DNA of 64,000 nt from Anaeramoeba ignava BMAN (Eukaryota; Protista; Anaeramoebae). The notes below the pieces were generated by a model, which was not told the DNA's origin, searched no databases, and saw only the letters and a list, made by a program, of their open reading frames with translations. Every line of letters starts with the position of its first letter. Within the stretch, counting starts at the first letter, position 1. The DNA is taken from contig JAPDFW010000096.1 of the NCBI GenBank assembly GCA_028826165.1, forward strand, positions 182,681 through 246,680. Reading direction: 5' to 3'. Shown piece after piece: positions 1 to 11,192 of the stretch. The position numbers were made by a program, and so were the translations under genes.

Positions 1-139
1 GAAAGAAAGAAAATAATTTTTAATTGAGAATTTCTTCTTTCATTCTTTTTTTCTTTTTAATTTTTAAAAACAAAAATTTTTTTTTAAAATCATTTCATTT
101 ATTTTTTTGCTTTTTTTAAAAAAGCCAAGTTAAAATAAG

Positions 140-3100
140 ATGGAGAAAAAAAAATTAAATTGTTGGCTTCGATTTACAACAAAATTTGATAAATCTGTTC
201 AAGATAAATTTACGAAATGGACTGCATTTGTATCAAGACATCCCAAAAAAATAATTACAATTATGTTTATTTTATCAATAGGACTTGGAATAGGATTTTT
301 GAATAAAAAAGTGGAGAATGATCTTGATAAAACTTATGTTCCTCAAGATAGTGTGAGTATGAGAGATTTGGATTGGTGGTCTGATGTTTGGGGTTCTCCT
401 CCAAGATATCTTTATTTTCTTCTTGAAACTGAACCAACTGGAAATAATGCTCTTGTTAAAGGTGCTTTTGATATTCTTTGGGAAATTGATTCATTTTTGA
501 GAAATTTAAAAGTTGAATTTAATGGAAATCAAATTGGTTTTGAGGATGTTTGTATTATGAATCCTATTACAAAAGCTTGTGTTGAATGGGGTGTATTTGC
601 ATATTGGAATTTCAATAGAACTTTAATGGATATTTATAATGATTATTATGGAGTTGTTAATGGAGGTATTGATATTATAACTGGTGAAAGACTTCCTTAT
701 GAAAATGCACTTGGAGGAGTTGAACGTAATAATGGAAATATTACATTTGTTAAAGGAATAAGAACATATTATGCTCTTAGTAACGCACCTGAAGAAAAAG
801 AAAAATGTCTTGCTTTTGAAAAAAAAATTTTAGATTGGCTTGCTGATTTTGATTATAGTTCTTCATTTGCAATTGGATATACAACTGGTAGATCAATCGA
901 TGATGAAATTGGTAGATCAACTGGTTCAACACTTGGATCTGTTGCGATAGGATATACAATTATGTTGATCGTTCTTGGAATCACATTAGGGAAAATCACA
1001 AGTCTTTTACATTCACACTTTTTAATGGCACCTATTGGAGTATTAAGTGTTGGATTGGGAATTATTTCAGCTTTTGGTACTGGTTCTTATTTCATAACTT
1101 GGTGCAATATTTGTTCAATTCTTCCATTTTTGATATTAGCAGTTGGAGTAGATAATATTTATATTATTATCAATAATCTTGATAGAATATCATCAATTCT
1201 TTCACCTTTAGAAAGATGTCAAAAAGCATTATCAAGATCAACAAGTATTTTGATGACAGCCATTATTGATACACTTGCATTTTTATCAGGAACTGTAACT
1301 AAATTTCCAGCTATCAAATGGTTCTGCGCATATGGAGCACTTTGTATTTCGATTGTTTTTATTTTCCAAATGACAATGTTTCTTTCATTTTTAACAATGG
1401 AAGCAAAAAGAATCAGAAAAAGAAAACATTGTTTGTTTCCTTGTTATAGATTAAAAGAAAAGTTTTGGATTGATGTTGATACTGAAAAAGAAAGTGAAAC
1501 TGAAATTGAAATGATTGAAAAAGAAAAAACAACTGATAATGAATTTATAACTGAAAAAGAGAAAACAACTGATAATGAATTTAAAACTGAAAAAGAGAAA
1601 ACAACTGATAATGAATTCCAAACTGATCAAGAATTCCAAACTGAAAAAGAAACAACTGAGTCTGAACAAGAATTTAAAAAAGAAATTTTCAAAGAAACTG
1701 AAAGTACAAATGGAGTTTCTTTAATTGATAATAATGAATTTATTGATCTTGATTTAGAAGAAAGTTCAGTTCCACATCATATCAGAATGCAACAACAAAA
1801 AGCAGCAAGAAAGAAAAAACAAAGAGAACAAAAACTCAAAAAACAAGGAAAAATCAATGAAAAAGATGAAACTCAAAGTACAATTTCCAAAAAAAGTATT
1901 GATTCAGGAAGTACAATTATTGCAGAAATTGAAGAAGAAGATTATGATGTTGATTTTGAAGATCTTCCATTTTTACCAAGATTTATTGAGAAATATTATG
2001 GTCCATTTATCACAAAGAAAAATATCAAAATTCTTATTGTTATTATATTTACAATCATGTTTGGAGTTTCAATTTATCTTTCAACACATATCAGAGAAGG
2101 ATTAATTCGTAAGGATGTTTTCCCAGATGATTCACATCTTCAAGATTTTTATCGAATTAGAGAAAGATATTTTGATCCTGAAGGAAGAGATTATTATCTT
2201 GTTTTTGAAACAGGAACACCTTATCATACACTTTATGGAAAAAATGCAGTTTTAGAAACAGCATCAAAAATAAACGAAAGTAAATGGCTAAAACATAATA
2301 TTGAGAATTGGTATCTTGATTATTTACTTTATCTTCAGGCAGCATATAATGGAACAAGTTACCTTGATGAGAATGGACTTCCACAAGATCCTATTAACTT
2401 CTATGTTAATCTTACTAATTTCTTTTCTCAAAGACAATATATGCATTATTTACTTAAACAACATGTTCTTATCAATCCAAATCAAAGTGCACCTTTAGAT
2501 CAAAAAATCATTGCATCAAGAATGCCAATTTATTCAATTGATTTATCCGATACACAAAAGGATGTTGAATCAATGCTTGATTTAAGAGAAATAACTGAAT
2601 CAAGTCAAGTTGATTGTTATATGTTCTATTACTTTCTATTTTTAACAGAACAATATGTTGTTATCAAACAACAAACATTCCAAAGTATTGGACTTGCATT
2701 AGTTGGATTATTTGTTGTTACTATTATTTTTCTTGTTCATTATCGAATTGCTTTTATTATATTAATCACGATTGCATTTATCGATATTGATTTGTTTGCT
2801 TACATGACATTACTTCATATTCGACTTGATGTTGTTGCTTATATTGTTCTTGTTATGAGTATTGGATTTTCATTAGATTATTCAGCACATTTATCACATT
2901 ATTTTGTTATTACACCAGGAAGAAATAATAACAAAAGAGTTATCAAAAGTTTATCAGTAATGGGACTTTCAGTATTTTTTGGAGCATTTTCTACTTTTCT
3001 TGGAGTTTTACCTGTTTTGGTTTTCGCAAACAGTAATTTCTTTAGAACTTTTACTAAACTTTTTTATGGAACAATTTTATTTGCTATTTTACATGGATTA

Positions 3101-3169
3101 TTATTTTTACCAGTTTTACTTTCAACATTTGGACCTAAATATATTGATTCACATAAAAGAAAGAAATAA
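140..3169 (+). CDS. Patched/NPC1-like RND transporter with sterol-sensing domain (12 TM), intronless
   Basis: 1009-aa ORF with 1+5+1+5 TM layout and two lumenal loops; TM4 motif LAVGVDNIYII and TM10 motif SIGFSLDYSAH; C-terminal HGLLFLPVLLS typical of the Patched/NPC1 family. Confidence 0.92.
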   Translation: MEKKKLNCWLRFTTKFDKSVQDKFTKWTAFVSRHPKKIITIMFILSIGLGIGFLNKKVENDLDKTYVPQDSVSMRDLDWWSDVWGSPPRYLYFLLETEPTGNNALVKGAFDILWEIDSFLRNLKVEFNGNQIGFEDVCIMNPITKACVEWGVFAYWNFNRTLMDIYNDYYGVVNGGIDIITGERLPYENALGGVERNNGNITFVKGIRTYYALSNAPEEKEKCLAFEKKILDWLADFDYSSSFAIGYTTGRSIDDEIGRSTGSTLGSVAIGYTIMLIVLGITLGKITSLLHSHFLMAPIGVLSVGLGIISAFGTGSYFITWCNICSILPFLILAVGVDNIYIIINNLDRISSILSPLERCQKALSRSTSILMTAIIDTLAFLSGTVTKFPAIKWFCAYGALCISIVFIFQMTMFLSFLTMEAKRIRKRKHCLFPCYRLKEKFWIDVDTEKESETEIEMIEKEKTTDNEFITEKEKTTDNEFKTEKEKTTDNEFQTDQEFQTEKETTESEQEFKKEIFKETESTNGVSLIDNNEFIDLDLEESSVPHHIRMQQQKAARKKKQREQKLKKQGKINEKDETQSTISKKSIDSGSTIIAEIEEEDYDVDFEDLPFLPRFIEKYYGPFITKKNIKILIVIIFTIMFGVSIYLSTHIREGLIRKDVFPDDSHLQDFYRIRERYFDPEGRDYYLVFETGTPYHTLYGKNAVLETASKINESKWLKHNIENWYLDYLLYLQAAYNGTSYLDENGLPQDPINFYVNLTNFFSQRQYMHYLLKQHVLINPNQSAPLDQKIIASRMPIYSIDLSDTQKDVESMLDLREITESSQVDCYMFYYFLFLTEQYVVIKQQTFQSIGLALVGLFVVTIIFLVHYRIAFIILITIAFIDIDLFAYMTLLHIRLDVVAYIVLVMSIGFSLDYSAHLSHYFVITPGRNNNKRVIKSLSVMGLSVFFGAFSTFLGVLPVLVFANSNFFRTFTKLFYGTILFAILHGLLFLPVLLSTFGPKYIDSHKRKK
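1517..1624 (+). repeat. 36-bp coding tandem repeat x3 (EKEKTTDNEFxT) in the cytoplasmic loop of the Patched-like protein
   Basis: gaaaaagaRaaaacaactgataatgaattY repeated three times in frame. Confidence 0.9.
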
Positions 3170-3190
3170 TCAATCCATCAATTAACTCGA

Positions 3191-3221
<31 letters not shown>

Positions 3222-3345
3222 TTCTTTTCTTTTCTTTTCTTTTCTTTTGAGTTATTTTTTTAATTCAAGATTCAATTCAATTCCAAAAAAAAAATTTTTT
3301 TTAATTTTTTTTTTCATTTTTTTTTTTTCATTTTTTTCTTTTTTA

Positions 3346-5826
3346 ATGGATTCAAAATTAATTACAAATCTTGAACAAAAGCAAATAACATCAATAAACA
3401 CATCAAAATCACCAATCAAAGAATACACAAAAGAGCAACTATTGTTCTTATCAAAAAACGAAACATGTCAAAAAACACCAAAAGAATTGCAAGAACTTTT
3501 CCAAAAATATCCATTTCTTAAAAATAATTTTCTTTATTCTCCAATAAATTTTTTAAATCAAAGAAATATTCCAATTTCTCACAATTTTTATTTAACCAAA
3601 AAAAAATTTGAAACTCCAAATAAAACAGACAAATTTGAATCACATTCACCAACTGGTTTTTTTGGTTTTCCTAAAGTGCAAAAGCATGAAGAACTTTCCA
3701 ATCAAAAAATTCAAAAAAAAATTGATCCATTAACTTTGGATGGAATTGAAACATTGAGTTTAGATGAAATTGAATTAAATTTAAATAATAAAAATAAAGA
3801 ATTAACAACAAAATCAAAATCAAAATTAGAATCAAAATCAAAATCGATACCAAAATCGACACCAAAATCAAAATCAAAATCAAAATCAAAATCAAAATCA
3901 AAATTAGAACCAAAATCAGAATCAAAATCAAAATCAAAATCAAAATTAGAATCAAAATCAAAATCAAAACCAAAATTAGAACCAAAATCAGAATCAAAAC
4001 CAAAATCAAAATCAAAATCAAAATCAGAATCAAAATCAAAATCAAAATCAAAATCTAAATTAAAATCAGAATCAAAATCAAAATCAAAAACAGAATCAAA
4101 TAGCTCAATAATTAAAAAATTTGATGCAGTTGACGAAAAATCTCCAAATCAAAAAAACATTCCTGATGGAACAATTTCGCTTTTAGATCTTGAGGATTTC
4201 ATTGAAAATAATGAGTCAAATGATCCACCACAACCTTTCTATTCTCAAGAAGATATAAACAAAAATATGGCAAATCAAAATGATATTTCTAATTTTTCAC
4301 AAAAAACAAAAAATAGTCCGTTAACAGATTCTATTCCAATATTAGATCTTGAAACAATTGAAAAACTTGAAACAAAAGAAACAGATGAAGCGAATCAATC
4401 ACAAATATTAACTTCAAATTTATTATCACAAAGTCCAAAACCAAAACCAAAACCAAAATTCAAACCAAAACCAAAATCAGCATCACCAAAAAAAAAATTA
4501 ATCAATAATTCACATAAAGAAATGTTATCAAAAAATCAAAAGGATATTCAAAAAAAACTCCAAGAAAGACAAGAATATTTAAAAAAATCTCAACAAAATG
4601 ATGATAATCAACGTGGATCACATTTTTTTCTTCCAATCCAAAATCAATTAAATCAATTAAATCAAAATCAATTAAATCAATCAAATCCAGAAAATCAATT
4701 AAATCAACAAACTCAATTTAATCAACAAAACCTTCAACAAATTATTCCAAAAAACCAATTAAATCAACAAAATCAACAAATTCAATTAAATCAACAAATT
4801 ATTCCAAAAAACCAATTAAATCAACAAAATCTTCAACAAAATCAACAAACTCAATTTAATCAACAAATTATTCCAAAAAACCAATTAAATCAACAAATTA
4901 TTCCAAAAAATCAATTAAATCAACAAAATCAACAAATTCAATTAAATCAACAAATTATTCCAAAAAATCAATTAAATCAACAAATTCAATTAAATCAACA
5001 AAATCAATTTAATCAACAAAACCTTCAACAAATTATTCCAAAAAACCAATTAAATCAACAAATTATTCCAAAAAATCAATTAAATCAACAAAATCAACAA
5101 ATTATTCCAAAAAATCAATTAAATCAATTTAATCAACAAATTCAATTAAATCAACAAAATCAACAAAATCAAAACCTTCAACAAATTATTCCAAAAAATC
5201 AACAAAATCAACAAAATCAACAAATTCAATTAAATCAACAAATTATTCCAAAAAATCAACTAAATCAACAAAATCAACAAATTATTCCAAAAAATCAATT
5301 AAATCAATTTAATCAACAAAATCAACAAAATCAACAAAATCAATTTAATCAACAAAATCAAATGTTTCAACAAAATCAAATGCTTCAATATCAAATACTT
5401 CAAAATCAAATGTTTATGAGGCAAATGCTTCAACATCAAATACATCAACAAAATCAATTAAACCAATTTAATCAAAATCAATTTAATCAACATCAATATC
5501 AAAATCAAAATCAATTTAATCAAAATCAACAAAATCAATTAAATCAATTTAATCAAAATCAAAATCAACAAAATCAATTTAATAAAAATCAAAATCAAAA
5601 TCAAAATCAAAATCAAAATCAAAATCAAAATCAAAATCAAAATTCAAATCAAAATCAAAATTCAAATCAAAAATTTTCATTTTCAGGTTTCGATCCATTT
5701 TCTCAAAAAACATCACAAAAAAATTATTCTCAACAAAAAACTGAAACAAAAAGTATGAAAGAATTAGAAGAACAATTACTTTCCTCTTTAATTTTTGAAT
5801 CACCAAAAGAAGAAAATAAAAAATAA
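3346..5826 (+). CDS. Low-complexity Q/N- and K/S-rich protein with N-terminal eIF4E-binding motif (4E-T-like)
   Basis: First ATG at 3346 (the ORF track starts at an upstream TTG); YTKEQLL at 3424-3444; KS repeats about 3810-4100; IIPKNQLNQQ repeats about 4740-5310. Confidence 0.7.
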   Translation: MDSKLITNLEQKQITSINTSKSPIKEYTKEQLLFLSKNETCQKTPKELQELFQKYPFLKNNFLYSPINFLNQRNIPISHNFYLTKKKFETPNKTDKFESHSPTGFFGFPKVQKHEELSNQKIQKKIDPLTLDGIETLSLDEIELNLNNKNKELTTKSKSKLESKSKSIPKSTPKSKSKSKSKSKSKLEPKSESKSKSKSKLESKSKSKPKLEPKSESKPKSKSKSKSESKSKSKSKSKLKSESKSKSKTESNSSIIKKFDAVDEKSPNQKNIPDGTISLLDLEDFIENNESNDPPQPFYSQEDINKNMANQNDISNFSQKTKNSPLTDSIPILDLETIEKLETKETDEANQSQILTSNLLSQSPKPKPKPKFKPKPKSASPKKKLINNSHKEMLSKNQKDIQKKLQERQEYLKKSQQNDDNQRGSHFFLPIQNQLNQLNQNQLNQSNPENQLNQQTQFNQQNLQQIIPKNQLNQQNQQIQLNQQIIPKNQLNQQNLQQNQQTQFNQQIIPKNQLNQQIIPKNQLNQQNQQIQLNQQIIPKNQLNQQIQLNQQNQFNQQNLQQIIPKNQLNQQIIPKNQLNQQNQQIIPKNQLNQFNQQIQLNQQNQQNQNLQQIIPKNQQNQQNQQIQLNQQIIPKNQLNQQNQQIIPKNQLNQFNQQNQQNQQNQFNQQNQMFQQNQMLQYQILQNQMFMRQMLQHQIHQQNQLNQFNQNQFNQHQYQNQNQFNQNQQNQLNQFNQNQNQQNQFNKNQNQNQNQNQNQNQNQNQNSNQNQNSNQKFSFSGFDPFSQKTSQKNYSQQKTETKSMKELEEQLLSSLIFESPKEENKK

Positions 5827-5997
5827 AAAAACAACAACAGAAATTGTTTCAAACAGTTTTTCATCAATAAAACATTCAAAATTTCAATTTTTATTTTTTA
5901 AATACGTGTTAAATGTTTTGAGTTTTTTTTTTTTAAATTTTTTTTTGTTTTTAAAAATCATTTTTTCTCTCTTTTAAAAAAACAAACAAAAACAAAA

Positions 5998-8900
5998 ATG
6001 ATTTATCTTCTTAAAGATTCTGATTTAACACCCAAAGTGACATTTACAAAAACAGAAACACAAGAAATTATTGCTGATGTTTCACGTTTTGGAAAAACAT
6101 CATTTAATTCTGACATTTGCAATCAAATTGTTTCTTATGAACCAAAAATTCATACATTAAATATTTCTTATAATCATATTTCACGTGAAACAGATATTAA
6201 TTTTATTGTTGATCTTCTTGAGCTTCATGACCTTTATCTTAATACTAATTTTCTTAGTGTTCTTCCTCAAAAAATAACAAATGTATTTTTCAATTCAAAT
6301 TCCCATTTTCAATTTAGATTAAAATTAAAATTCATTTATTAAAATTAAAATTCATTTATTAAAATTAAAATCAAAATTAAAAATTAAAATTAAAAATTAA
6401 AATTAAAATTCATTTATAAAATCAAAATTAAAATTAAAATTAAAATTAAAATTAAAAATTAAAATTAAAAATTAAAATTAAAATTCATTTATTAAAATTA
6501 AAATTAAAATTAAAATTCATTTATAAAATTAAAATTAAAATTAAAATTAAAATTCAAAATCAAAATTTAGTTGACCAAACTTGAAGAAATTGATATTTCA
6601 AGCAATTCTTTCCAACAATTTTCCTTTTTAACAAACCCTCTTCCAAATATCACTCGTTTTAATGCATCATTCAATAGAGGATTAAGAAAATTTCCAAAAG
6701 AATTTGTGAATTTCCCACAATTAAGAATTTTAAATTTAAGAAAATGCTCTATTAATCTTTTAAACGATGAAATTTACAATTTAGAAAATTTAGAAATTTT
6801 GGATCTATCTTATAATCAAATTAATATAGTTCCAAAATCAATAGGAGATTTAAAGAATCTTCAAGTTTTAATGCTTGATCATAATCACATTACAAATTTT
6901 GAAGCAAATTTCACATCTGTAAAATTTAAAAAGAAAAATTATTCAATAACAACTACTTTTCTTATTTTTTGGATTACTTTCAAATTCAAAGGAAAATCAA
7001 TTAGAATATCTTGATGTTTCGGTGAATGAACTCAAAAAATTTCCACTCCAAATCACCAACTTAAAAAAATTACAATATTTGGATTTTTCCTTAAATAAAC
7101 CGGTACTTGAAATACCAAGTTCGATATCTGAATTAGTATCTTTGAAAACTTTAAGATGGAATAGCAATGATATTTCATCACTCCCTCAAAGTCTTGAAAA
7201 ATTAAAATCAACTTTGGTGGAACTGAGAATTAGATTCAACAAAATCAAAACGTTTCCTCTTTGTATTCTTGAATTAATCAATTTGCAAGTACTTGATTTA
7301 TCAGGAAATTTACTGACGAAACTTCCAAATGAATTTTCCAAAAAACTTCCAAAATTGGAAAAGATTTATCTTGCTTATAATGGATTTAAAAGAATTCCTC
7401 CAAATTTGGTGAATTTTCAAAACTTACAAAGAGTTTGGCTTGATGGCAATCCTTTAAAAGGAAAAAGCATGAAAATTGTAGAACAAGGAATGAAACAATT
7501 ACTTCGTTATTTAGCAAATGATAAATCATCTTCAAAAAATCAAAATAATAAAAATAATGAAAATAATAAAAATAATGAAAATGATGATCAAGATGATGAA
7601 ATTAAATGGATTGAATTTGATCCTTTTACTTCTGAGATTGGAGAGAGTTTTAACGAAAACCAAAATATAAATGAACTAGAAATTGGAGAAGATGTTTTAA
7701 ATCAAGCAAACAACGAAAATATAGAAAACAATGAAAACATTGAAAAAATTGGAAATGAAGAAAAACTTCCAACAAAAAAAACTGGTCCAAACATTGAAAA
7801 AGAATTCAATTCCTCAATAATAATGCCTCCAAACTCAACAAAATTAACAATACCAGAACTCAAAGATAAAATATTGGGGACTATTGTTGGCAATTGTGTT
7901 GGGGACGCAGTTGGATTAGCCACAGAATTTCTTTCCAAAAAACAATCAGCAATTCTTTATGATTTCGAGAACTTTGATTATGATAAATTTTTATTAGATG
8001 GACATCGATCCAGATGGATTAGAGGGGATTGGACCGATGATTCAGATCAAATGATATTAATTTTGGATAGTATCATTGCAAATCACGGGGAAATAATTGA
8101 AACGGATTTTGCACATCGTTTGTCTTTTTGGATATCAAATGGATTTCCTGAGCTTGGCGATATTGGAGGAATGGGGCTTGGTGCAACAGTTCCATCTGTT
8201 GTGCGTTCGCCAGGCTTTCTTCAAAACCCTCATTCAGCCTCAAAAACTATTTGGAAGCAAAGGAACAGAAATGCTGCTGCAAATGGAGCTGTTATGCGCA
8301 CTTCTGTTCTTGGAATTCCGAAGTTTCACAATCTTGATATTGTCAGAGAAAACACACTCAAAATCACAAAAGTAACTCATCATGATCATCGTTGTAGAGC
8401 TAGTTCTGTTGCAACTACAACTGCCATTGCTTTAATGCTTCAAGGCGAAAAAGATATCCAGAAAATTATTGATCTTGCTTTGAAAAAAGGAGAGAAAGAA
8501 ATCAAAATTAAGAAGCATGCTCATGAATTTAGAGAGCATTTAGAGGCTAAATCGTGGAGTTCTTTGAGGCTTGATGAACCTCAGAAAATTGGATATACTT
8601 TGAAGGCTGTTGGTGCTGGATTTTATGCTCTTCGATCTTTAGAAACTAGTGATGATTTCTTACAACTTTTAACTGAGATGACTATGGAAGCTGGAGATGC
8701 TGATACAAAGTATATAAATTTGAATATTGAATAATAAATATTGAATATTGAATATTGAATATTAAATATTAAATAATAAATAATGAATATTAAATAATGA
8801 ATATTAAATATTAAATAATGAATATTAAATAATGAATATTAAATAATAAATAATAAATAATGAATAATGAATAATAAATATTGAATAATTAATATTAAAT

Positions 8901-10982
8901 ATTAAATATTAAATATTGAATATTAAATATTAAATAATAAATAATAAATAATAAATATTAAATATTAAATAATAAATATTAAATATTAAATATTAAATAT
9001 TGAATATTGAATATTAAATATTAAATATTAAATATTAAATAATAAATAATAAATATTAAATAATAAATATTAAATAATGAATATTGAATAATGAATATTA
9101 AATATTGAATATTAAATAATAAATAATGAATAATGAATATTAAATATTGAATATTAAATATTGAATATTGAATAATAAATAATAAATATTGAATATTAAA
9201 TAATGAATAATGAATATTGAATATTAAATAATAAATAATAAATATTGAATATTAAATATTGAATATTGAATAATAAATAATAAATAATGAATAATGAATA
9301 ATAAATATTGAATAATAAATAACAAATAATGAATAATGAATAATAAATATTGAATATTAAATATTAAATAATAAATAATAAATAATAAATATTAAATATT
9401 AAATATTGAATATTGAATATTGAATACTGAATAATAAATATTAAATAATGAATATTGAATATTAAATAATAAATAATAAATATTGAATATTAAATATTAA
9501 ATATTAAATAATAAATATTAAATAATAAATATTGAATATTAAATAATGAATATTAAATAATAAATAATGAATATTAAATAATAAATAATGAATATTAAAT
9601 ATTAAATAATGAATAATAAATATTGAATATTAAATATTAAATATTAAATATTAAATAATAAATATTGAATATTAAATATTAAATATTAAATATTGAATAT
9701 TGAATATTGAATATTAAATAATAAATAATGAATAATAAATATTAATATTAAATAATAAATAATGAATAATGAATATTGAATAATAGATATTAAATATTAA
9801 ATAATAAATAATAAATATTGAATATTGAATATTAAATATTAAATAATAAATAATAAATAATAAATATTAAATAATGAATATTAAATAATGAATATTAAAT
9901 ATTAAATAAATAAATATTAAATAATAAATAATGAATAATAAATAATAAATATTGAATATTGAATATTGAATATTAAATATTAAATATTAAATAATAAATA
10001 TTAAATATTGAATATTGAATAATAAATATTGAATAATACATATTGAATAATAAATATTGAATAATGAATAATAAATAATGAATAATAAATAATGAATAAT
10101 AAATAATAAATAGTGAATATTGAATATTGAATATTGAATATTGAATATTGAATATTGAATATTGAATATTGAATATTGAATATTAAATATTGAATATTAA
10201 ATATTAAATATTGAATATTAAATAATAATGAATATTGAATATTAAATAATAAATAATGAATATTAAAAATAACTAAATATTGAATAATGAATATTAAATA
10301 TTGAATATTAAATAATAAATAATAAAAAAATAAATAAATAAATAAAAATGAATATTGAATGATTGAATATTGAATATTGAATATTAAAAATAATAAATAT
10401 TAAATAATAAATAATGAATATTGAATAATAAATATTGAATATTAAATATTGAATAATAAATAATAAATAATGAATAATAAATAAATAAATAAATTAAATA
10501 TTAAATATTAAATAATGAATAATGAATAATAAATATTGAATATTAAATATTAAATATTAAATATTAAATATTAAATATTGAATATTAAATAATAAATAAT
10601 GAATATTAAATAATAAATATTAAATATTAAATATTAAATATTAAATAATAAATAATAAATATCGAATAATGAATAATGAATAATGAATATTAAATATTGA
10701 ATATTGAATATTAAATATTAAATAATGAATATTAAATATTGAATATTAAATATTAAATATTAAATATTAAATAATAAATAATAAATATCGAATATTGAAT
10801 ATTAGATATTAAATATTGATTTAATTTATTTTGATTTAAATTAATTTAGTGGAGCTGTTGTTGGAGCTTTGCTTGGTTGTAGAGTTGGTTTTTCAAAAAT
10901 TCCTTTAGAATGGAGAGAAATGCCTCATGTAAATTGGATCAAATCAAAAGTGGAAAAACTTTTTGAATTAATGGGAATTTAA
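5998..10982 (+). CDS. LRR + ADP-ribosylglycohydrolase (ARH/DraG family) fusion; exons 5998-6282, 6571-6918, 6992-8709, 10850-10982
   Basis: GT-AG joins keep frame; LxxLxLxxNxL repeats followed by GNCVGDAVG, WTDDSDQ, ANGAVMR and, after splicing, GDADTNGAVVGALLG. Confidence 0.9.
8720..10815. repeat. 7-bp satellite (AATAWTR)n filling the 2140-nt intron 8710-10849
   Basis: Nearly continuous aatattg/aatatta/aataata/aataatg units. Confidence 0.95.
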
Positions 10983-11192
10983 TTTAAAATTAATTAAAAG
11001 GAGAAAATTTAATTTAAAATAATTAAAAAGAAGAAAATTTATTTAAAATAAATAAAACGAACTTAAAAGAAAAAAATTTTTTTTTTTGATTTTCATTTTT
11101 TTGATTTTTCTTATTTTGACAAAAGTTTTTAATATTTTTTTTATATTTTTTTTTTTAAAAAAAGAATAATTAAAAATTTTATAACGAAATTA

